A stretch of DNA of 41,721 bases from an uncultured Smithella sp. (GCA_964445385.1 CAYULE010000002.1:1-41721); one strand, 5' to 3'. Counted from the first letter of the stretch, positions 27,795 through 35,845 are shown. The notes: generated by a model not told the origin, from the sequence alone. Translations and numbers: made by a program.

Positions 27795-28532
27795 ATGATC
27801 ATAGAATGGAAAAAAGAGGATACAATCGCTATGATCACCTTGAACAACGGGGAGAACAGGCACAATCCTCCGTTTATCAGGGCAATCCTTGATTCCTTCT
27901 CTGAGATTGAGAAAGACGAGTCTATTTCTGCCGTCGTCATAACCTCCAGCGATGAGAAGAGTTGGTCCCAGGGCATCGACCTGCCCTGGATCATGAATGC
28001 TCAGGAAAACAGAGAATTCCAGACCATCAAGGCATTCCTCTATAGTTTGAATGTTATGTTCAAAAAAATTCTTCTTTTCCCCATGCCTGTCATCGCATCG
28101 ATCAACGGTCATGCCGTAGGAAACGGAGGCATCCTGGCCTGTTGTTGTGATTATCGGTTGATGAAGGCGGACAAGGGCTACTTCTTTTTTCCCGGAGTGG
28201 ATATCAACATTTCCTACTGGCCGGGCATTCTGGAAATCATGAAAAAGGCCTTCCCTTATTACAAGCTGCAAGAAGCGGTTCTGACCGGAAAGCGCTACAA
28301 CGCGAAAGAACTGGAAGAGCATCAGGTGATCCTGAAGGCTTGTGAAAATGCCGAGACTGTCCTTAGGGAATCCATTGCTTTTGCGAAGACATTCAAAAAG
28401 AAACGCGGCATCTTTAGAGAAATAAAAATGCAGCTCAACAATCACATTATCGCCGCCATTGACCACGAAGACCCTCAATATATAGAAGCATTGATACCTG
28501 CGTTGATAAGAACGGTATCTTCAAACCAATAA
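27795..28532 (+). CDS. Crotonase-fold protein lacking both canonical catalytic glutamates
   Basis: 245 aa. INGHAVGNGGILACCCD has Ile at the first Glu position, and YFFFPGVDINI has Gly/Pro at the second. The typical N-terminus IAMITLNNGENRHN is present. Confidence 0.75.
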   Translation: MIIEWKKEDTIAMITLNNGENRHNPPFIRAILDSFSEIEKDESISAVVITSSDEKSWSQGIDLPWIMNAQENREFQTIKAFLYSLNVMFKKILLFPMPVIASINGHAVGNGGILACCCDYRLMKADKGYFFFPGVDINISYWPGILEIMKKAFPYYKLQEAVLTGKRYNAKELEEHQVILKACENAETVLRESIAFAKTFKKKRGIFREIKMQLNNHIIAAIDHEDPQYIEALIPALIRTVSSNQ

Positions 28533-28746
28533 TTTCGAAAAGTCAGACTGTTGATGATTACGGATTGAAAGCTTTTATATAACCTATCTCAGATTTAAAC
28601 TTGCTTTCTTTTTTTGATACGGCGATTTCTTTGTACGATACCCCTTTAGTAATAGTTACATGCCCGCCATTCGTCGATATCAGTATAGCAAGGCTGAATA
28701 ATAACGATCTATATAAAATAAATCAATCTTATAGAGGAGGGGGAAA

Positions 28747-30537
28747 ATGTACGAATTAGATAAGCCGGATAATCTTGTTGAGATTTTTGAAGACAGTGTA
28801 AAAAAATATGCGAAAAACATCCTTTTCGGAACAAAGAACCGTAGTGGTATTTACGAATGGGTAACCTATTCGGATGTCAACCATATGGTTGACGGCGTAA
28901 GAAGCGGGCTTGTAGGTCTTGGAATTAAAAAGGGCGATGCGGTGGGCATCATCGCCAGCAACCGTACCGAATGGGCCGTCTGCTGTTATGCCTCATATGG
29001 CGTGGGGGCGCTGTTTGTACCCATGTACGAAGCAGAGCTTGAAAAGGTTCAGAAATATATCATCAAAGACAGTGGCGTGAAGGTGCTGTTTGTCTCCAGA
29101 AGAGAATATTATGAAAAAGCACTGACCTGGATGAATGAAATTGATTCTTTAAAGCACATCCTCATCATTGATGAAAAAGGTCCAAACAGCTACCAGGAAC
29201 TCATGAATAATGGCTTAAAAAAAATCATTCCCGCAATAAGACCAACGGCAGGCGATATCGCAGGATTAATCTATACATCCGGTACAACAGGCGATCCCAA
29301 AGGGGTATTGCTTTCCCATGGAAACTTCTCCAGCCAGGTCCATGCCCTGGTTAAATCATTTTACATGCTGGATGATAAAACAAGAACACTGTCGTTCCTC
29401 CCCTGGGCGCATTCATACGGACAGACGGCCGAGCTCAACACCCTCTTGAAGCTTGGCGGAAGCACGGGCTTTGCAGAGAGTCCTGCAACGATCGTTGGCG
29501 ACCTTCAGCTGGTTAAACCGACCATGCTTGTTGCCGTGCCGCGTGTATTCAACAGAGTCTATGATGGCATTCTGATGAAAATTCGCGATAAGGGCGGCCT
29601 CGCCCAGAAACTGTTTGAGATGGGGACGGAGGAAAACAAAAAGAAGCGTGAATGGACGAAGCAGGGCAAAGCAAGCCTGATGAACTCTCTGAAACTGGCA
29701 CTTGTCGATAAAATTGTTTACAGCAAATTGAGGGCGCTCTTCGGTGGAAATCTTCAGCTTTCGATCAGCTCTAGCGCAGCGCTAAGCGCACATATAGCCC
29801 AATTCATGTTTGATATAGGCGCCCCTGTTTATGAGGCGTGGGGCATGACAGAAATTTCACCTGCGGGAACAGTCAATACCCCTGTCGAATACAAGATCGG
29901 GAGCTGCGGCAAAGCGATTGACAAAGTCAGGCTTGTTATTGACAGGACCGGTATGAATGATGATTCGGCCGAGGGAGAGCTTATCGTTTATGGTCCGAAT
30001 GTCATGCAGGGTTATCACAACAAGCCGGAAGAAACAAAGGCAACAATGACCCATGACGGCGGTTTGAGAACCGGCGACAGGGCCTTTGTTGACAAGGATG
30101 GATACCTTTATATCACCGGTCGTATCAAGGAACAGTTCAAGCTTGAAAACGGGAAATTTGTTTATCCTTCAGCCATAGAAGGGCATGTTAAATTACTTCC
30201 CAGTGTTGAGCACGCCATGATCTTCGGGCTGAACAAACCTTATACGGTTTGTGTCATCGTGCCTGATTTTCTTGTCATGGAGAAGATTGCTAAAGAAAAG
30301 GGGCTGCCTATCGATAAAAATGAGTTTGTTCAACATCCGGCGGTTATTAAGATGTATGAAGAAGAGATCCACAATCATCTGAAAAACACCTTTGCCAGTT
30401 ATGAGCTTCCGAAAAAGATATTACTTTTAAGTGAAGGGTTCACAACTGAAAATGGGATGCTTACCCCGACACTGAAGCTTAAACGCCGTGAAGTTTTAAA
30501 GAAATATTCGGACATGATTGATGCGCTGTATTTGTAA
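28747..30537 (+). CDS. AMP-forming acyl-CoA ligase (about 600 aa, same type as the gene at 14306)
   Basis: GGAGGGGG RBS. Motifs IYTSGTTGDPKGV, AWGMTEISP, RTGDRAFVDKDGYLYITGRIKEQF and TPTLKLKRR. Separated from the operon upstream by a 214-nt AT-rich gap. Confidence 0.85.
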   Translation: MYELDKPDNLVEIFEDSVKKYAKNILFGTKNRSGIYEWVTYSDVNHMVDGVRSGLVGLGIKKGDAVGIIASNRTEWAVCCYASYGVGALFVPMYEAELEKVQKYIIKDSGVKVLFVSRREYYEKALTWMNEIDSLKHILIIDEKGPNSYQELMNNGLKKIIPAIRPTAGDIAGLIYTSGTTGDPKGVLLSHGNFSSQVHALVKSFYMLDDKTRTLSFLPWAHSYGQTAELNTLLKLGGSTGFAESPATIVGDLQLVKPTMLVAVPRVFNRVYDGILMKIRDKGGLAQKLFEMGTEENKKKREWTKQGKASLMNSLKLALVDKIVYSKLRALFGGNLQLSISSSAALSAHIAQFMFDIGAPVYEAWGMTEISPAGTVNTPVEYKIGSCGKAIDKVRLVIDRTGMNDDSAEGELIVYGPNVMQGYHNKPEETKATMTHDGGLRTGDRAFVDKDGYLYITGRIKEQFKLENGKFVYPSAIEGHVKLLPSVEHAMIFGLNKPYTVCVIVPDFLVMEKIAKEKGLPIDKNEFVQHPAVIKMYEEEIHNHLKNTFASYELPKKILLLSEGFTTENGMLTPTLKLKRREVLKKYSDMIDALYL

Positions 30538-30550
30538 AGGCTAAACCCAA

Positions 30551-30582
30551 AAGGTCACCGGGGTTGCCGGTGGCCTTTTTTT
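30551..30582 (+). terminator. Rho-independent terminator of the ligase gene
   Basis: 11-bp stem aaggtcaccgg / ccggtggcctt (one G-U pair), a 5-nt loop, then a T tract. Begins 14 nt after the stop. Confidence 0.7.
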
Positions 30583-30627
30583 ATGATTCATCCCTCAAGC
30601 AGGAATTAAATAAGCACGATTCACACC

Positions 30628-30780
30628 AGACAATCACAGGCACTGAACCTGGTGGAAAAACAGCCGAACCGGATTGCCATGAGACGAAAGGATTACGGCA
30701 TCTGGCATGACATTACCTGGACTGAGTACCTCGAAAACATCAAATGTGTCACTCCTGGCCTCCATGCCCCCTCTGAATAA
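30628..30780 (+). pseudogene. Relic 5' fragment of an acyl-CoA ligase gene paralogous to 14306..16108
   Basis: 30643-30769 aligns without gaps to 14336-14462 with 8 mismatches in 127 nt (manual alignment). Weaker homology extends upstream to agacaat, where the ATGGCA of the intact gene is deleted. The frame ends at TAA 30778-30780. Confidence 0.75.
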
Positions 30781-30814
30781 AAAAACCCGCACTTTCCAAT
30801 CAAGTGCGGGTTTT
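30779..30814 (-). terminator. Bidirectional Rho-independent terminator (best fit for the minus-strand binding-protein gene)
   Basis: 10-bp stem acccgcactt / aagtgcgggt with a 7-nt loop. An A run lies on the plus-strand 5' side (a U run for the minus transcript) and tttt on the 3' side. Confidence 0.65.
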
Positions 30815-30839
30815 CTATGAGCCTGCTTTCAAATTTCTA

Positions 30840-32078
30840 TTATTGTATTGGCTTCCATTCCGGAGGAGGGTTCATATAGGATGCTTTCTTTACCTTATCG
30901 AATTCTTTTTGAGTCCTTGCCCACCAGATAAATATTTTTGGTTTTGTAAATTTCCCGTGCTTCATGGTTTGAACAACCGTTGGAGCCAGCACAAGTCCGT
31001 TGGGTGTAATACCGAAAATTTCCATAGGATACTTATCACCGAGCAGGGGAAATACCTTGGGAAAGGCTGCACGGATAGCCCTGGCATCATTGACGGTGTT
31101 GGCGGCGGCAATTGCCTTCGCCAGAGCATACATGGATGTATAATTAGCAGCGCTTTCCCAGGCCAATGGCCGCTTATAGTTTGCCTTGTAAGTCTCGGCA
31201 AAAACCGCACTGGCCGGCATCGATATGTCCTTGATCATGGCCAGGCCGATGGTTCCCTCCAGGCCCAGGGGTTTTTCCATAACCTGGTAAATAGCATCCA
31301 TTTTAGCCTGATCAATCATCACAAAGCCACCCTCGAACCCTTTTGCCCGCGCCTGTTCAACAATCAGCGCCGTGGTGGCTGAAGGACCGCCAATGAGTAA
31401 AAAATCGGGATTAGTGGCCATGGCTTGAGCCAGCGGCGCGGCGAAATCCGTTCTGGTGTAGTAATTTGCCGGTTTGTCCGCGGTAATGACACCGCCCTTT
31501 TTAAGCCAGATCGCGCCAAAAGCTTTACGCCATGCTTCACCATAAGGGCCGGCTGCGACCACCATAGCCCCTTTTCGCCAGCCTCTTTCCCAGGCCAGAT
31601 CCGCTTCGACTTTAGCAAGAAGTGTAAAAGGCATTGTCGCGCCGATAACCAATTTATTGCCCATTTCCGTGACGACAGGCACGCTTGTATAAGCCATGAT
31701 TATAAATTCTTTTTTCTTTTCTTCGTTGATCTTCATCATAGCTGCAATGGTGTTGAATACAGGATTGTATATGGCGATTGCTTTATGTTCATTACGCAAC
31801 TGTTGGGCGATCATGACCGCCTCTTTCGGATTGGCATGGTCATCTTTCTTGATGAGCCGAAAAGTATAGTTCCGGCCTTGTACCGTAATACCGCCCTTGG
31901 CATTGATTTCATTGACAGCCAGCTCAACGCCGCTCATGCAATCCATTCCGTATTCCGCAGCCGGTCCACTCAATGGTCCGCTATAACCAATGACAATTTC
32001 TTCCGCCCCGGCAACTGCCGCCCAGATAAACATTAGAATCATTGCTGTAAGAAAAATTAAACTTTTGCTTTTCCTCAT
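30840..32078 (-). CDS. Liv/HAAT-type periplasmic substrate-binding protein, orphan (no adjacent permease or ATPase)
   Basis: 412 aa. GGGGGAGA RBS and signal peptide. IVIGYSGPLSGPAAEYG and INAKGGI are typical of the Leu/Ile/Val-binding-protein family. Clearly a different subfamily from the pair at 10096 and 11324. Confidence 0.85.
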   Translation of the reverse strand: MRKSKSLIFLTAMILMFIWAAVAGAEEIVIGYSGPLSGPAAEYGMDCMSGVELAVNEINAKGGITVQGRNYTFRLIKKDDHANPKEAVMIAQQLRNEHKAIAIYNPVFNTIAAMMKINEEKKKEFIIMAYTSVPVVTEMGNKLVIGATMPFTLLAKVEADLAWERGWRKGAMVVAAGPYGEAWRKAFGAIWLKKGGVITADKPANYYTRTDFAAPLAQAMATNPDFLLIGGPSATTALIVEQARAKGFEGGFVMIDQAKMDAIYQVMEKPLGLEGTIGLAMIKDISMPASAVFAETYKANYKRPLAWESAANYTSMYALAKAIAAANTVNDARAIRAAFPKVFPLLGDKYPMEIFGITPNGLVLAPTVVQTMKHGKFTKPKIFIWWARTQKEFDKVKKASYMNPPPEWKPIQ

Positions 32079-32266
32079 ACGTCTCCCCCTTTTTTATTAA
32101 CTTGTAGACTTCAACCTCATCAATAAATGTTCCCCTGTGAAGGGACTGTTCTGGAAAAAACATCAGGTGCGTACTTCATGAATCTATTTATTTTGCGTGA
32201 GTTTTCAGGAAGACAATTTGTCGCCTTCAGAAGAAAACATCAAAATAATATCATTAAGCTAACAGA

Positions 32267-32296
32267 ATTTTTGATCTTTTGCAAGAAATCAAAAAT
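32267..32296. repeat. 30-bp near-perfect palindrome in the upstream region of the orphan binding-protein gene
   Basis: atttttgatcttttgcaagaaatcaaaaat: 26 of 30 positions are symmetric, with perfect 9-bp outer arms, centred on TTGCAA. Lies 189 nt upstream of the start at 32078. Confidence 0.3.
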
Positions 32297-32586
32297 GTTT
32301 TAGACAGCGCATATTGATCAGGTCACCCGTCAAGAAGTCTCCAAGACTCAGGTTGACGACCATTATCGTTTATTCCGGCGCGAAGCAATTCGCCCTGCAT
32401 TCCATCATTACGTTTAGTGGTATTCGATGTTAATAATGAACCAAAAAAAGATTCTCTCGCACTCATTCAATGCCGCGATCAAGTCCAAAGAAGGCAACGA
32501 TCTCACATTTTGCCTGTTGACACGGACCGGTTTTCTATAGCCGGATCATGTTTTTTTACAAAATCTAGCGGGAAACTTCTTCAATC

Positions 32587-33357
32587 CTAAAAATGGTAGG
32601 ATAATCGAAGCATCGCGGTAAATAAATCAGGATACCAGTCAATGTTAACTTTGGCATCATCACCCGGGGAGTGGAAACTGTTGCCGAATTTGGTAGGTAT
32701 TGTGCGATAGCGCAATGCCGCATCCAATGAGACATTCCGCAACAACATGAAACGCAGGCCACCTTCCGCCATCAGAGACAGATCCACTTTGTTTCTTTCC
32801 TCGTCGGTCAAACCATTGACCTTCGGGTTGCTGATGACGAGTCCCGGCCCGAAACCCAGATAAGGCTGTAAACGCCCAAACGGTATCTCCTCACTGGAGA
32901 AGAATCCATATTTTCCGATAATCATGGGAGTAATCGTGAACATGCTGACAGAGCAACTGCGGGTAATGCCTTGAACCTTGCGGAAGGGTACATTATTGTT
33001 TCCCTGCACTGCCACCGTCACCCATTGGTGGCCGAAACTGACATCCTCATAAGTCGCATCCAGGGCCAGACTGAAATATTTCATCCAGGACGGCCAGGCG
33101 CGACCCCCGAACCCTTCGTTGGTGAAATCATAGCCTACCGTCAAACCACCTAGAAAATTGACATCAAACTTGACATTCTCATAGGTCTTCTCCTGTGCCC
33201 AGTATGCCCCTTCCACAACATCGACATTGGAGTGATACGTCGGGCCGGCTTCTACGCCTACCCACAGCCCTCCCCAGACCACGCCAGGCAACAGGAACAT
33301 AAAAGCAATCGGCAGGGCCAAAACCGCGAACAACCACTTTCTTCTAAGCGTCATCAT
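32587..33357 (-). CDS. Outer-membrane beta-barrel protein (OmpW/OMP_b-brl-like)
   Basis: Signal peptide MMTLRRKWLFAVLALPIAFMFLLPGVVWG. Alternating beta-strand pattern and a C-terminal ...LRLSYHF with terminal Phe. GGAGGG sits just upstream of the ATGATG at 33357/33354. The ORF is open to 33396, but that start lacks an RBS. Confidence 0.6.
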   Translation of the reverse strand: MMTLRRKWLFAVLALPIAFMFLLPGVVWGGLWVGVEAGPTYHSNVDVVEGAYWAQEKTYENVKFDVNFLGGLTVGYDFTNEGFGGRAWPSWMKYFSLALDATYEDVSFGHQWVTVAVQGNNNVPFRKVQGITRSCSVSMFTITPMIIGKYGFFSSEEIPFGRLQPYLGFGPGLVISNPKVNGLTDEERNKVDLSLMAEGGLRFMLLRNVSLDAALRYRTIPTKFGNSFHSPGDDAKVNIDWYPDLFTAMLRLSYHF

Positions 33358-33538
33358 TTTCCCTCCAGTTATAAAAAAACGTATTGATAAATGCATTGCT
33401 TTTTGTGCTTGGGATATATGAAAAATTTAATGATTTATGTCAAGGGGATTTTAAGCGGCAACCGGTTTTTCTTCCCCCTGGTTCCTCATGAATAAATTTG
33501 CCCAAGCGAACGATGTGGAAAGTAACCTACCGTTCCTG

Positions 33539-33567
33539 TTGACAGAGCCATGTCTAAGCTTTATACT
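33539..33567 (+). promoter_or_regulatory. Sigma70-type promoter for the thioesterase gene
   Basis: TTGACA (33539-33544), a 17-nt spacer, then TATACT (33562-33567). GAGG RBS at 33611-33614 and ATG at 33619. Confidence 0.45.
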
Positions 33568-33618
33568 TCGCCGCCAAACAAAAATTTAAAAAAATTCATG
33601 TAAATGTGAAGAGGTCTC

Positions 33619-34053
33619 ATGTCGCAAATTTATCGTTATGAATTAATAGTCCCGAAAGAAGCAGAAGATCAAAACGGGCACGTCAACAATGTTGAATATC
33701 TTCGCTGGATGCAGGATGCTGCGATGAAGCACTCTGAAACATCCGGCTGCACGCAGGCAACCAACGCCGCCGGCGCCACCTGGGTGGTACGAACACACAA
33801 AATTGAATACTTAAAACCCGCTTTTGCCGGCGATCATGTTGTGGTCATAACCTGGGTGTCCAACTATCGTCGTGTGTTGTCGCTGCGCAAATACCGGATA
33901 TGTCGTCCCGTGGACGAAGCTCTGCTGGCTGAAGGAGAGACGGATTGGGTTTTTGTGGATGCTCGGACAGGCTCTCTGCGGTCCATCCCTAAAGAAGTTA
34001 AAGCATGCTTTGAATTGCTGCCGGAAGATCAGGAAGCGCAATGGTTTGTTTAA
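33619..34053 (+). CDS. Hotdog-fold acyl-CoA thioesterase (4HBT/YbgC-like)
   Basis: 144 aa. The N-terminal EDQNGHVNNVEYLRWMQDA is typical of the 4HBT family. Confidence 0.8.
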   Translation: MSQIYRYELIVPKEAEDQNGHVNNVEYLRWMQDAAMKHSETSGCTQATNAAGATWVVRTHKIEYLKPAFAGDHVVVITWVSNYRRVLSLRKYRICRPVDEALLAEGETDWVFVDARTGSLRSIPKEVKACFELLPEDQEAQWFV

Positions 34054-34132
34054 ATTTTTGCGCGATGATGATAGAAATTGTCCCCATATACACCATTCAG
34101 ATTCAACGGGATAGAGCGGCAATTATTTCTTG

Positions 34133-34429
34133 ATGGGCCCCTGTGGCACTACGACGACCAACAATGAGCCGGATAAACCACTGCCTTCTGAAGAAACCCC
34201 TGAAAGCTGTTTGCGGTTTCAGGAAGAATTATATAACGCAAAACTGGCTCAGAAACCAATCAGAACCGATCTGGAAAATGCCATCGAACGGCTGGCCATA
34301 GCTCATGGGAAATCTCAGGCGGCTCCTCACGTCACAGTAAGCCTGGGTGTTGACACGTCCATTACCTCCGGACGAAACCGGGTGTCCGCCTGGGACGGCC
34401 AAACAAATATCCCGACGAAAAATGCGTAA
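34133..34429 (+). pseudogene. Possible decayed C-terminal remnant of a GGDEF-domain gene (very uncertain)
   Basis: No RBS. The translation contains IERLAIAHGKSQAAPHVTVSLGV and GRNRV, which resemble the end of GGDEF domains, but the segment between them is missing and there is no GGDEF motif. Confidence 0.2.
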
Positions 34430-34471
34430 AACTGAATATTGAAAAACATTATAGATCAGGAGAAATATCCA

Positions 34472-34492
34472 TAAAAATTCCGATCCGGAAAA
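34472..34492 (-). terminator. Weak hairpin plus U tract after the LysE-family gene
   Basis: The minus strand reads ttccg-gat-cggaa followed by ttttt, 15 nt after the stop. The stem is only 5 bp. Confidence 0.3.
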
Positions 34493-34505
34493 GCATTTTA
34501 TAAGA

Positions 34506-35153
34506 CTATGAGATGATGGTTTGAAGCTTTTCGAATCCGGCATAAACAAAATAACCGGCAAACAAAACCAGAAAGACCGCGCAGACAGCAATGAGGCCTC
34601 GATAGAGACGATCGGTCAGGAAATGTTTCCCTCCGGCAACTGCGGCGGCGATCAGTGAATACCACACCAGATCCGCCAAAATATGTCCAACGAAGAAAAA
34701 GACGATTCCCCAAAAACCAAACTGCTGCGAATAGAGAATATATCCCAGGCCGATGGTTGCCCACCAGATGATCCAGTAAGGATTGGAGACGCTCATGATG
34801 ATGCCGCTGATCACCGGATGATTCAGCCGCTTTGTGTTATCCTCCAAAGACAGGCGAAGCGTTGGCAGCGTCCGGAACATCCCGAAGGCCATCCACAAAA
34901 GAATAGCGGATCCGGCAAGAGCGGTAACAACAAAAACCACCGGCAGTTGAAAAAATGGCGCAAGTCCCATTAAAAGGACAATGACAAGTCCCAGTTCCAG
35001 GATGGCGTGTCCGCCGATCATCAACGGACCGGCAATGAAGCCACGCCGTGAGCTTTCGCTGATTGTCACGGTCAACAGCGGTCCCGGCATCATCGCGCCG
35101 GACAGAGCGATGACAAAAGAGGAAGTAAAAATAGTAAACAGGGTAATCAACAT
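34506..35153 (-). CDS. LysE/RhtB-family amino-acid exporter
   Basis: Start chosen at MLITLFTIFTSSFVIALSGAMMPGPL, the typical distance to the family's PGP motif. The longer ORF to 35264 would run into the terminator at 35265-35293. About 6 TM helices. The exact start is uncertain (35198 is an alternative). Confidence 0.7.
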   Translation of the reverse strand: MLITLFTIFTSSFVIALSGAMMPGPLLTVTISESSRRGFIAGPLMIGGHAILELGLVIVLLMGLAPFFQLPVVFVVTALAGSAILLWMAFGMFRTLPTLRLSLEDNTKRLNHPVISGIIMSVSNPYWIIWWATIGLGYILYSQQFGFWGIVFFFVGHILADLVWYSLIAAAVAGGKHFLTDRLYRGLIAVCAVFLVLFAGYFVYAGFEKLQTIIS

Positions 35154-35264
35154 AACCTCAATGACCCATGCAATCGCAAAGGCACTTATGTAAACCATGA
35201 GAAAGATCGTGCTGTCAAGACGGCAATACCGGAAGGGTGATTTATTGTTTCTCCTTCTGCCCAT

Positions 35265-35293
35265 AAAAAAAGGCGGATGTTTTCACACCCGCC
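35265..35293 (-). terminator. Rho-independent terminator of the gene at 35340..35696
   Basis: The minus strand reads ggcgggtgt-gaaa-acatccgcc (8 of 9 bp pair) followed by ttttttt. Confidence 0.6.
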
Positions 35294-35339
35294 CAGGCCG
35301 TTTGATTCTTAACGTTACACCTGATACTAAAAAGAGAGA

Positions 35340-35696
35340 TTAAAACCCATCCTCCCAGGCTCCCATCATGGGCTTTTCGTCAATATAATGATCGTATTCG
35401 CCCAGATACCTGTAATGTGTGAACCGCCAGGGCGCCTCTACCATAGCCCTCGCCACGATATCGGATACGCCAATGATATGGACAGGAAGAGCGATGACCA
35501 GATAGACCCCTGTAGAAAGGAAGGCACCAATTGCGCAAGGGGGTCTTACAAGCAGGGCATCAACAACTTTTTCTCCAACCGACGGCTGTTCATACGTTGC
35601 GGCCGGATAAGATTGCGTCTTTGTCTGTGCCATAACAGTACAGGTGAAAGCAAATATAAACATGACGACCAGAATGACGGATAATATCTTCTTCAT
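35340..35696 (-). CDS. Conserved hypothetical secreted/membrane protein
   Basis: 118 aa. AGGAGG RBS, signal peptide MKKILSVILVVMFIFAFTCTVMA, and a central hydrophobic segment preceded by LLVRPP. Confidence 0.5.
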   Translation of the reverse strand: MKKILSVILVVMFIFAFTCTVMAQTKTQSYPAATYEQPSVGEKVVDALLVRPPCAIGAFLSTGVYLVIALPVHIIGVSDIVARAMVEAPWRFTHYRYLGEYDHYIDEKPMMGAWEDGF

Positions 35697-35845
35697 CGCA
35701 AATCCTCCTTTAATTCTTCTTCATTAGATTAAAGCACAATTTCTACCAGTGGTTAATTAATACTCGAAAATCAGTATGTTGTCAATCAATAGAATCGGCT
35801 TGGTCATATCATCAGCTTCTTCACAAAAATAATAATTATGGTTTT

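Noticed and set aside
27789-28478. A 229-aa minus-strand ORF.
   Set aside because: It is antisense to the crotonase-fold gene, which shows the superfamily core and continues the plus-strand operon.
30804-32036. Plus-strand ORFs 30804-31382 and 31425-32036.
   Set aside because: They are antisense to the well-supported SBP gene and have no recognisable motifs.
32179-32304. A 41-codon plus-strand ORF (MNLFILREFSGRQ...) in the long intergenic region.
   Set aside because: It has no convincing family resemblance and only a weak RBS, and it overlaps the palindrome. It is most likely chance in AT-rich DNA.
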